Origin: Candidatus Methylomirabilia bacterium
GTDB lineage: Bacteria > Methylomirabilota > Methylomirabilia > Rokubacteriales > CSP1-6
Direction: 5' to 3'
NCBI GenBank assembly: GCA_041496385.1
Contig: JBGQEL010000030.1
Location: 1 to 42,359 of the forward strand
DNA: 42,359 nt
Positions 18,818-25,896 of this stretch are shown in pieces. The translations under genes and the position numbers were made by a program. The notes under the pieces are model-generated. The model worked only from the letters and a program-made list of their open reading frames with translations. It had not been told where the DNA came from and ran no database searches. The number at the start of each line of letters is the position of its first letter. Position 1 is the first letter of the stretch.

Positions 18818-19246
18818 TCAGGCCGAAGGGGCGACGGGGAATCCCAGGGTGCGGCCGGCGGCGCGGAGCCGCCTGTCGAGGCTCAGCAGGACCAGCTCCG
18901 GCACGAATTGCTTGAGCGCGAGCAGGCTGGCCAGGTGCAGTGCGTCGAGCGCCCGCAGCGGTTCGCCGGGAAAGGGCTCGCGAGCACGCGCCACGACGCG
19001 CCGGCTCAACCGGAGCAGGCTCCACTCCCCCTCGATCCGCCGAAGCGCCCCGCGGAGCGAGCCCACACGGCTCTCGGTGAGGCGGCCCGTCTGCTGCGCT
19101 CGGAGCAGGGCGCAGTCGCATTCGACCAGCGTCAGATCCGACGCCACGACGCGCTCCGCCTTCGCCAGGGCCTCCCGCACCGCGCCGCTGCCCGGCTCGG
19201 CGAGGAGCCAGGCGAGGACCGCGCTCGATTCCGCGTAGAGCTTCAT
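18818..19246 (-). CDS. vapC: Type II TA toxin, VapC/PIN domain
   Basis: ATG 19246 overlaps the antitoxin stop (ATGA); 'LYAESSAVLAWLL', 'VEC', 'LRALDALHLAS', 'LSLDRRLRAA'. Confidence 0.88.
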   Translation of the reverse strand: MKLYAESSAVLAWLLAEPGSGAVREALAKAERVVASDLTLVECDCALLRAQQTGRLTESRVGSLRGALRRIEGEWSLLRLSRRVVARAREPFPGEPLRALDALHLASLLALKQFVPELVLLSLDRRLRAAGRTLGFPVAPSA

Positions 19247-19758
19247 TGCTCGCCCCGGATCTCGTCGAGGAGCTGCTTGGCCAGCCCCGGCTTGCCGGTG
19301 CGCGGCATTGACGGGTACATCTCGGGCCGGTTCCGCCCGCCGAGCGTCAGGAGCCCACGTCGCGCGAGCATGACGAGCCCGTCTTCGGCGTGACTCGACG
19401 CGGCTCCCGGAGGTGCCAGCTCGGCGACGACCTCGCCGCGGGCGGTGATCAGGATCGTCTCCCCGGCGCGCACACGGCGAACGTGCTCGCCGAGTCGGCC
19501 CTTCAGCTCCCGCAGGCCGATCCGCCGCGGTCCAGCCGGGGCCAGAGCCCGTCCCGCGCGGTAGCGCCGCCCGACTTCGGCGACGGCGTCGACGCCCCGG
19601 CCGGCGCGGGCCCCGCGGCGCACGGGAGTAAGAACGATCGCGTCGTCGTCCGCCGTCACCTCGAGCGGCGCCGCGCCGTCGACGCCCAGGCGACGCAGGA
19701 GCGCGCGGTCGATGACCAGCGCCCAGCTGTTGCCCGTACGGGTCAGTCGCTTCAGCAT
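19243..19758 (-). CDS. Fused antitoxin: N-terminal AbrB/MazE domain plus C-terminal Phd/YefM domain
   Basis: 'MLKRLTRTGNSWALVIDRALL...LEVTADDDAIVLTP' (AbrB-like) then 'IGLRELKGRLGEHVRRVRAGETILITARGEVVAELAP' (Phd-like) in one frame. Confidence 0.8.
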   Translation of the reverse strand: MLKRLTRTGNSWALVIDRALLRRLGVDGAAPLEVTADDDAIVLTPVRRGARAGRGVDAVAEVGRRYRAGRALAPAGPRRIGLRELKGRLGEHVRRVRAGETILITARGEVVAELAPPGAASSHAEDGLVMLARRGLLTLGGRNRPEMYPSMPRTGKPGLAKQLLDEIRGEQ

Positions 19759-19768
19759 TGTGGCCTCT

Positions 19769-19808
19769 CCGTACTGACAATATAGGCCGTACAGTCAGTA
19801 CGGCGCAA
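19769..19808 (-). promoter_or_regulatory. TA promoter with palindromic operator
   Basis: Minus strand TTGCGC-N18-TATATT overlapped by perfect inverted repeat CCGTACTGAC-N15-GTCAGTACGG (19769-19803). Confidence 0.7.
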
Positions 19809-19934
19809 GTCTCCGGGCGAGGCCGTCGGACAGGACCATTGGCATGCTGGACGGCGCCCTCAAAAACTACGCGCCGAACTACGGGAACGACTACGGGGGG
19901 AGGTTGCTTGCGGCCTGGCTCGAGCGCTGAAGGG

Positions 19935-20465
19935 CTAGCCCGTCCCGCGCAGGAGCGCCAGGACTTGTTCAACCAGCCGATCGGCGCGCGCGTCGAGGTC
20001 TTTGGCGCCGAGGTTGGCGATCGGGTGCGGCACGTCGAGGAAGCGGTAGCCCGGCATGCCCCAACTCGTCGCCATGGCCTCGCCCGTGGCGCGGAAGGGC
20101 TCGGTCACCACAGCCACCGCCGGCGCGCCCGCCCGCTCGAAGAGGATCGCGTCGAGCACACTGCTCGACGAGCAGGACCCTCAGTCGCCGATGCCGGAGA
20201 CGACGAAGTCGCTCTGCTTCCGCAGCGCCTCGATGTCCGCCGCGTCGACTTCGTGGCTGGGCGAGCGCTTGCGCACCATGCGGCTCACCGTCATGCCGTG
20301 GCGGCGGCCCAGACGCTCGGCCAGGCGCAGCAGCAGCGCGTCGGAGTTGAATTTGGTGTTCTCGACGAGCCCGATGCGGAGGCCGTCGAGGCGCGCCGGC
20401 CGCGGCGCGATCTTGATCTCGCGGCCGACGGGCGCCGCCGTGGGGTCGAAAAGGGGCGAGCTCAA
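19935..20465 (-). CDS. UGSC-family selenoprotein (Sec at codon 95, TGA at 20181-20183)
   Basis: Track ORFs 20181..20465 and 19935..20159 are in the same frame, separated by one TGA, reading ...SGIGD-U-GSCSSSSVLDAILFER...; SECIS-like hairpin follows; TTG start uncertain. Confidence 0.88.
20142..20183 (-). promoter_or_regulatory. Bacterial SECIS-like element
   Basis: TGA-GGGTCctgct-CGTCGAGCA-GTG-TGCTCGACG-c-GATCCTC: perfect 9-bp upper stem, G-first loop 19 nt after the UGA, plus lower stem GAGGGTC/GATCCTC. Confidence 0.8.
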
Positions 20466-20468
20466 GTG

Positions 20469-20864
20469 CTATGCCGCCGCTGGTGCTTGAGGCCGCTGCG
20501 ATGTGATGATGTACGCGTGCTTGACGGTCTGGCCAAAGAAGTCGCTGTCTCTCACTTCGACCCGGCCATGCTCAACCCGAATCGCACGGTTGAGGGCCTC
20601 GACGGCGGCATCTTGGGGATCGACGACGACGATTCGCGAGAGGCTGGTCAAACCTTGCCCGCCAAGTCTTGACTTGATTTGGCTGACGAAATAGTCGACG
20701 ACGCTTCGCTTGTCATCTCCAGCCCACGGAGCAGAGACGATCAGGTCCCAACGATCGGGAGCGTCTTCGCGCATGAAGAGGGCGAAGAGCGCGAAGGGCC
20801 CCTTCTCTTCGGCAATATGCGATTCGAGTTCGGCGAACTTCTCTGTGATCTCAGGCACCGTCAT
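20469..20864 (-). CDS. Hypothetical protein, partner of the adjacent HEPN gene (possible degenerate nucleotidyltransferase-like antitoxin)
   Basis: 131-aa ORF with lower-GC codon usage, ATGA-coupled to the HEPN frame; 'FALFMREDAPDRWDLIVSAPW'. Confidence 0.65.
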   Translation of the reverse strand: MTVPEITEKFAELESHIAEEKGPFALFALFMREDAPDRWDLIVSAPWAGDDKRSVVDYFVSQIKSRLGGQGLTSLSRIVVVDPQDAAVEALNRAIRVEHGRVEVRDSDFFGQTVKHAYIITSQRPQAPAAA

Positions 20865-21202
20865 AGAACCGCTGCGAGCTCCTCGGCCGCTTGTATCATT
20901 GATGTTGCGTGAGGTTGCTGCACCGTGCCGACAACATTGTATCGCGACTCAACCTTCCAGATGGCCACGACGTTCCAGAGCGCAAAGTGGTTCTGCTTGA
21001 TCCGCTCCTCCTGCCCCGCAAGGCGCAGCAGAACACCGAGCTCGTGGGTCTGGAAGCTTCTGTAGGCCTGGAACTCGCCGCCAGTGCTGGGAAACTCTGT
21101 CCAGTTGAGAGTCCGGCAGATCCGGGCCTTGAGCGCTACCTCGACGCCGTAGCCGCAAAGATAGGTGGCGCCGTCAAAGCGCCCGGCCGTGAGGAGCGCC
21201 TT
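20861..21202 (-). pseudogene. 5'-truncated HEPN-domain protein (not in the ORF track)
   Basis: Reads KALLTAGRFDGATYLCGYGVEVALKARICRTL...FQTHELGVLL...WKVESRY...AAEELAAVL*; no usable in-frame start between the upstream in-frame TGA and the domain. Confidence 0.78.
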
Positions 21203-21206
21203 AAGG

Positions 21207-22223
21207 TTACACCGGCACGGTGACGGCCTTAGTCCACTTGTTGCCCCAGCCCGGCAGGCACGCGGACCAGCTCCCTGCGCGGCCGCCGGCGCAGACGATC
21301 AGAATGTCGTCAGGGTTCTCGAAGAAGGCGCGCCAGGTCGTCTCGTCACCCGGCGCCACCTCGCCCGGCAGGCGCGCGGCGCGCTTGAGATCGGCCACAT
21401 GGCGGCGCGTATTCTCGACCAGGAAGCTCTGCACCTGGCGCCGCGACCACCCGCTCTGCCGGAGGATCTCGGCGTGCTCGCCCGCGAAGACGAGGAGCGC
21501 CTGGTTGAAGCCCTTCACGTTGGGCAGGCCTAGATTCGAGAGCGCGTCGGCGAAGCAGCGCAGGAGCGGTTCGGGCTCAGCGGCAAGCTGGTTGTAGACC
21601 TGGTAGAGGCTGTTCGAGGCGTACACCGTCACGGCGCTCTGCTCGGGACGCAGGCCGCGCGCGACGTGGAGCGGCTCCCACGGATGGTCCTCCTCGTGCT
21701 CGGCGAAGCAGAAGGAGTACTTGCCCGGGTTGCCCAGCGTGGCGCGGTCGAGCAGGCCGGGACGCGCCTGCATGACGTTCATCATCACCAAGCGCACCGC
21801 CCGGCCGATGGTCGCGTTCGACCGCCACCCCTGACCGAAGGCGTTGTTGCCGGCGTTCAGGCCGATGCGGCGCGCGATGGGGCCGTTGACGACGAGCACG
21901 ATGGCCGAGCCGCCCGTGCTCGAGGCCGGCCCGTGATACGCGAAATCGGGGCGACAGAGTCCGCGCACCGCGGCAGTGACCACCGGCATGTACTCCGGCC
22001 GGCAGCCCGCCAGCACCGCGTTGATCGCGACCTTCTCGGCGACCACTTCGGTGTTCCGGCCCGCGATCTCGCCGAGGATTTCGTCGCGCCGCAGACCGGC
22101 GCCCGCCAGCATCTCGCCGACCGACTTCTCCGTGGGCGGGACGACCGGCAGCCCGTCAGTCCAGCCGCGCTCGAAGTACGCCTCGATAAGGCTCGCGGGA
22201 TCGGCGTCGGGGTTGGAGGACAT
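21207..22223 (-). CDS. Uncharacterised UGSC-associated protein ('RGWTDGLPVVPPT' family)
   Basis: 'YFERGWTDGLPVVPPT', 'EKVAINAVLAGCRPEYMPV', 'NATIGRAVRL', 'TLGNPGKYSFCFAE'; ATG 22223 preceded by TATGAT-N7. Confidence 0.82.
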   Translation of the reverse strand: MSSNPDADPASLIEAYFERGWTDGLPVVPPTEKSVGEMLAGAGLRRDEILGEIAGRNTEVVAEKVAINAVLAGCRPEYMPVVTAAVRGLCRPDFAYHGPASSTGGSAIVLVVNGPIARRIGLNAGNNAFGQGWRSNATIGRAVRLVMMNVMQARPGLLDRATLGNPGKYSFCFAEHEEDHPWEPLHVARGLRPEQSAVTVYASNSLYQVYNQLAAEPEPLLRCFADALSNLGLPNVKGFNQALLVFAGEHAEILRQSGWSRRQVQSFLVENTRRHVADLKRAARLPGEVAPGDETTWRAFFENPDDILIVCAGGRAGSWSACLPGWGNKWTKAVTVPV

Positions 22224-22284
22224 GGCCGGCATCATACCGCGGGTTGAAGCGATCGCCGGCTTGAGCAGCCGTCGGACAAGATCA

Positions 22285-22298
22285 TCGGAGCGCTCCGA
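22285..22298. repeat. Perfect 14-bp palindrome upstream of the UGSC-partner gene
   Basis: TCGGAGCGCTCCGA. Confidence 0.5.
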
Positions 22299-22308
22299 AG
22301 AGCTACGC

Positions 22309-22399
22309 GCCCAACACGCGATACTCACGGCCCGTCCGCAGATCTCGGCGACCACCGCGCGCCTCGACCGGACTAGCCAACGGCCGCAACGAGTTGGTG
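22309..22399 (-). other. Possible degenerate integron attC-like site
   Basis: Minus strand CACCAAC...GTTGGGC (GTTRRRY), 91 bp, imperfect internal arms, 11 nt after the stop of the OLD-like gene. Confidence 0.3.
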
Positions 22400-22410
22400 G
22401 ATCAGGTCTC

Positions 22411-23375
22411 TCACTGCCTGTGGGATAGCGCCAGGGATTCGCGGAACCGTTCGGCCAGCACCACGCTCACGCTTACCTTGGAGAAGGGCCGCTCGAATCG
22501 TTCCTCGAAGAACTGCTCTAAGAATGCGCCCAGGCTCTTCGTTCCCTGGGCGGCCCGAACGGCCTCAGGTGTGACGCGCTGAAGCCCCTCAATCCCTTCA
22601 TAGGCGTGATTCAACGCCCCTAGGTACTCCTCTAGCCCTATGACGTCTTCGATCGAAGAGTCGTCCGCGCCCTGCCGGTTCCGACTCGCCTCCACGACGG
22701 GAACTCCGAGCCTGGCCGCGATCCTTGCCACCTTCTTGCCCGCGGCATCCCTGTCTACAACCACCACCGCCCGAACCGCCGCACGCTGAACCCGGCCGAG
22801 CATCTCCTTCAAGACCGGCTCCGTACCGTACGGGATGATGCTCGTCGTCCGTAGGTCGAGATGCAGGGCACCTGAGGTTTCGAGCGCGCGCGACGCGTTG
22901 GCCACGACAATCTGATCCGAGATGCCCTCTACGAAGACGTTCCGTGGGGCGATCACTGCCACGTCGCCGACCGTGACCCCGATGCTCTCACGCAGAGGGT
23001 CCCAGATCTGTCGGCCACCGGCATACGGGGTGTTCTGGATGGTCGTTGCTCGCGTCTCTGGATCGCGCGAACAGACCCGGATGCGCTGCGGAAAGTTCCA
23101 GTCGATCAGGAACGGCGAATGGGTGCTACCTCGTGCGCGGCTTCCACGTCCCACGTCATACCGAACTCGATCGGCTGGCCGTGCACCTCACGGATGAGCG
23201 GGCGATCACCGCTGTGCAGAGCACCTTCGTAGAATGGCTGATTGAAAAACTGCCAGAGCACCCCGGTCTTCCCGGTGTCGTTTCGGCCCACGACGACCGT
23301 GACATTCGGGTCGAGCCGTAACTCTTGATCCGCGAACTGCCGGAAGCGCGTTAGTCGAAGCCGTCTAAGACGCAC
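22411..23375 (-). pseudogene. OLD-family ABC-ATPase + TOPRIM nuclease with internal deletion/frameshift
   Basis: 23106..23375 gives 'FRQFADQEL...VVGRNDTGKT' (Walker A); another frame resumes at 'STHSPFLI', 'VFVEGISD', 'VDRD', 'SIED'; signature and Walker B region missing; junction ~23128. Confidence 0.8.
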
Positions 23376-23388
23376 AGGCTCCGTCCCC

Positions 23389-23670
23389 CTAACCAGCCAC
23401 CGCTTGAAGCAGCGTGCTACGGAGAATCTCGAAGAGGTGCTGCCGTAGGTTCGTCTTGAATACCTTCAGATACTCCAGGTAGCTCGGCGCGCGCTCGGCC
23501 GTCACACCCTTGCTATGTGCGAGATCATCCCGCAGTCCAGTCAGGCGACCGATTCTCTGACTGGCGCTCGTGTCACCTACCATGCGGATCGCGGCGATGA
23601 GGTGCTCCCCCACGTGCAACCTCCTCTGTCCCTCGAACCCTACCACCACTTTGCGCGGCTTGGCTTTCAA
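23389..23670 (-). pseudogene. Probable C-terminal fragment of a HEPN-type protein
   Basis: Contains Rx4H motif 'LRDDLAHSKG' followed by an amphipathic helix; lower GC; weak TTG start. Confidence 0.4.
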
Positions 23671-23691
23671 CGCCGTATCACTCCAGATTCA

Positions 23692-23721
23692 TTGACGGCC
23701 TGGCAGCGAGCCTCGTAGACT
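23692..23721 (+). promoter_or_regulatory. Putative promoter of the addiction-module TA operon
   Basis: TTGACG-N18-TAGACT, then AAAGGAGG. Confidence 0.55.
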
Positions 23722-23752
23722 TGGTTCAAGCGATCAGTCGCCGGCAAAGGAG

Positions 23753-24001
23753 GTGATGGCACTGGCCCCCGTGACAAAGGACGTTCTCCGGAAGGCTATC
23801 CGACTTCCTGAACGCGAGCGCGTGCGCGTCGTGGAAGGTCTGCTCGCCAGCCTCAATGGAAAGCGGGAGCGGGCGGTGGACGCCGCCTGGCGGGCCGAGG
23901 TGGAAGCGAGAGCCCGAGAGCTGAGGGCGGGAACGATCCGCCCAATCCCTTGGACGGAAGTCCGCCGGCGCGCGCGGAAGCGGGCGCGTGGCAAAGTTTA
24001 G
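23753..24001 (+). CDS. Addiction module antitoxin (TIGR02574-like)
   Basis: 'AIRLPERERVRVVEGLLASL...VDAAWRAEVEARARELRAG...IPWTEV'; overlaps the downstream toxin; exact start uncertain. Confidence 0.85.
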   Translation: MMALAPVTKDVLRKAIRLPERERVRVVEGLLASLNGKRERAVDAAWRAEVEARARELRAGTIRPIPWTEVRRRARKRARGKV

Positions 24002-24299
24002 CCTCACCTTCCACCCGAAGGCCGCGGAAGACTACGAAGAGGCCTTCGCGTGGTATTCCGCACGTAGCCGAACCGTCGCAGCGGACTTCGAACTCGAAAT
24101 CGGCCGCGCTCTCCGGCTGATCGCCGACAGCCCGCAACTTGGACCTCTGTTCGATACCTCGCGGCGGCGAATGATCGTCCGAAAATTCCCCTACTCGCTC
24201 ATCTACCAAGTCGGGGCGCGTGAGTTGATCATCTTGGCCGTCGCCCACGCGCGGCGACGGCCATACTACTGGCGGCGGCGGGCGAGGAAGCGGCGCTGA
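23988..24299 (+). CDS. Type II TA toxin, RelE/ParE family
   Basis: 'FHPKAAEDYEEAFAWY', 'RKFPYSLIY', 'ILAVAHARRRPYYW'. Confidence 0.9.
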   Translation: MAKFSLTFHPKAAEDYEEAFAWYSARSRTVAADFELEIGRALRLIADSPQLGPLFDTSRRRMIVRKFPYSLIYQVGARELIILAVAHARRRPYYWRRRARKRR

Positions 24300-24302
24300 T
24301 CC

Positions 24303-25895
24303 TTACTTCTGTCTTCGTCCTTTTCGCCGGTCGATCGCCTCGCCCCAGCGCGCGAGGAAGGCGGTGATGAAGGCGTGCTCCCTGGCCGGATCGACGGCGA
24401 GCGCCGCCAGCGCCAGCGCCACGGCGAGGGCCACGTGGTAGCCCTCAGAGCGCGACGCAACAGCGCGACGGTACGCCGGGTGGGCCTCGTTCACCCACAC
24501 GGTGGATTCGACCAGGCGGCCCAGCTCCCGATCGTCCGGGCGTGCGTCGAATTGGATGCCGAGCCCGTAGCGCGTGGGCCGGCGCGTCCCCGGGCCCGCA
24601 GCGACGTGGCCCTCGGCCGGCGGCTCCTGGACAACAGGCGGCTCGACCTCCCGTGCCCCTGACGTCGCGGCCTCCCCTGCCGCGGGTGCATCGACAGCAG
24701 GCTCAGCCTCGCCAGCCCGCGGCCCCTCAAGCTTGCTGACCGCCTCGTGAATTGCGAAGAGAGTCGCGGGAGGCTCGCCGGCCGGCCCGGCAGCGGCGCT
24801 CGGCAGCCGCCGCTGGCCACCCGCGCGCTGTTCCACGAGCGCCGCGAGCAGCGGGAAGTCGCTGGCCAGGTCCGCGAGCACGCCCTCGAGATCGCGCTCC
24901 ACCGGCCGCGCGGCGCGGCGCCGCGCGCGCTCGGCGGGCTCGCCCGCGTCGCCCCACGCGGCGAGCTGGCGCGAGACGGCCTCCTGGATCGCCTTGCGAT
25001 AGGAAAGGTAAGTCGCGCCGCGCGCGCCGGCACGGATGAAGTCGGCCTTGTTGAGCGTGAGGCACTCGGCCAGCGCCGGCACTTCGATGAGGCCGCCGAT
25101 GCGCTCGGCCGACGCAGGGGCGAGGGCGAGCCAGTCCCAGCCGCGGCGGATCACCTTGCCGAAGGTGCTCACGGCGACGCCGCGCTGCTCCTCGGGGAGC
25201 GCCCTGCTCTCGCGCACGAGGTAGCCGGCGCCCGCTGGCTTGCGCTTGCGCGCGGTGCGGATGGCCACGGGCGCGGTCTCGGCCGCGCGCCAACCCTGCC
25301 GCACCACCGGCCGCCCGTTCAGGACGAAGGCGACGCCGCGCGGGTAGTGCGCGCCCATGATGTCCACCAGTGCCGGGTCGAGGAGCGACTGGAAGTTGCG
25401 GCGGAGCGCGCCCTCGACGAACCCAGGATCGAGCAGGGGCGAGAGCGCGCTGGTCAGCACCAAACGCACGGCCGTCCCGTGGCCAGCGACGAGCCCCGGC
25501 GGCGGAATGCGCCGCCAGGGCGCCTTGTGGCGCGAGGCGAGCCGCCAGGACGACGCGACGTGCTGCTTGCCCCGCCGCGTCTCCGTGACGACCTCGGCGC
25601 AGACCAGCAGCGCGATCTTGATGCCGACGCCGGCGAAGCCGATGCCAGCGCCGCGCATCTTCGCGCTGGCCGCGATGTCATGGTAGCGCGCCAGTTCACC
25701 CCGACGCATGCCAGCGCCGTCGTCCACAATGGTCAGCGCCGGCGCGGCCGCCTCGGTCGTGAGCGTGATGGTCGCCGCACCCGAGTCGAGGGCGTTGGCG
25801 ACGATCTCGGTGAGGATCGTCTCCTCGGTGGCGCCTGGGTAGGCATCGCGGAGATCCTCGAGGAGGTGGAGGAGATCGACCCGCGTCTCGCCCAA
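24303..25895 (-). CDS. GHKL (HATPase_c_3 / MORC-like) ATPase
   Basis: 'TEIVANALDSGA', 'IVDDGAGM', 'GIGFAGVGIK', 'GTAVRL'; C-terminal 'VWVNEAHPAY'; TTG start 1 nt after the glnS stop. Confidence 0.8.
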   Translation of the reverse strand: MGETRVDLLHLLEDLRDAYPGATEETILTEIVANALDSGAATITLTTEAAAPALTIVDDGAGMRRGELARYHDIAASAKMRGAGIGFAGVGIKIALLVCAEVVTETRRGKQHVASSWRLASRHKAPWRRIPPPGLVAGHGTAVRLVLTSALSPLLDPGFVEGALRRNFQSLLDPALVDIMGAHYPRGVAFVLNGRPVVRQGWRAAETAPVAIRTARKRKPAGAGYLVRESRALPEEQRGVAVSTFGKVIRRGWDWLALAPASAERIGGLIEVPALAECLTLNKADFIRAGARGATYLSYRKAIQEAVSRQLAAWGDAGEPAERARRRAARPVERDLEGVLADLASDFPLLAALVEQRAGGQRRLPSAAAGPAGEPPATLFAIHEAVSKLEGPRAGEAEPAVDAPAAGEAATSGAREVEPPVVQEPPAEGHVAAGPGTRRPTRYGLGIQFDARPDDRELGRLVESTVWVNEAHPAYRRAVASRSEGYHVALAVALALAALAVDPAREHAFITAFLARWGEAIDRRKGRRQK

Positions 25896-25896
25896 G

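Noticed and set aside
20181..20183. Reading the TGA as a nonsense mutation (pseudogene) or true stop
   Set aside because: It falls exactly in the UGSC motif and is followed by a SECIS-like hairpin, so Sec recoding is more parsimonious
23389..23455. Second attC site upstream of the OLD-like gene
   Set aside because: GTTAGGG is present but there is no convincing RYYYAAC partner or paired arms; sequence reads as coding
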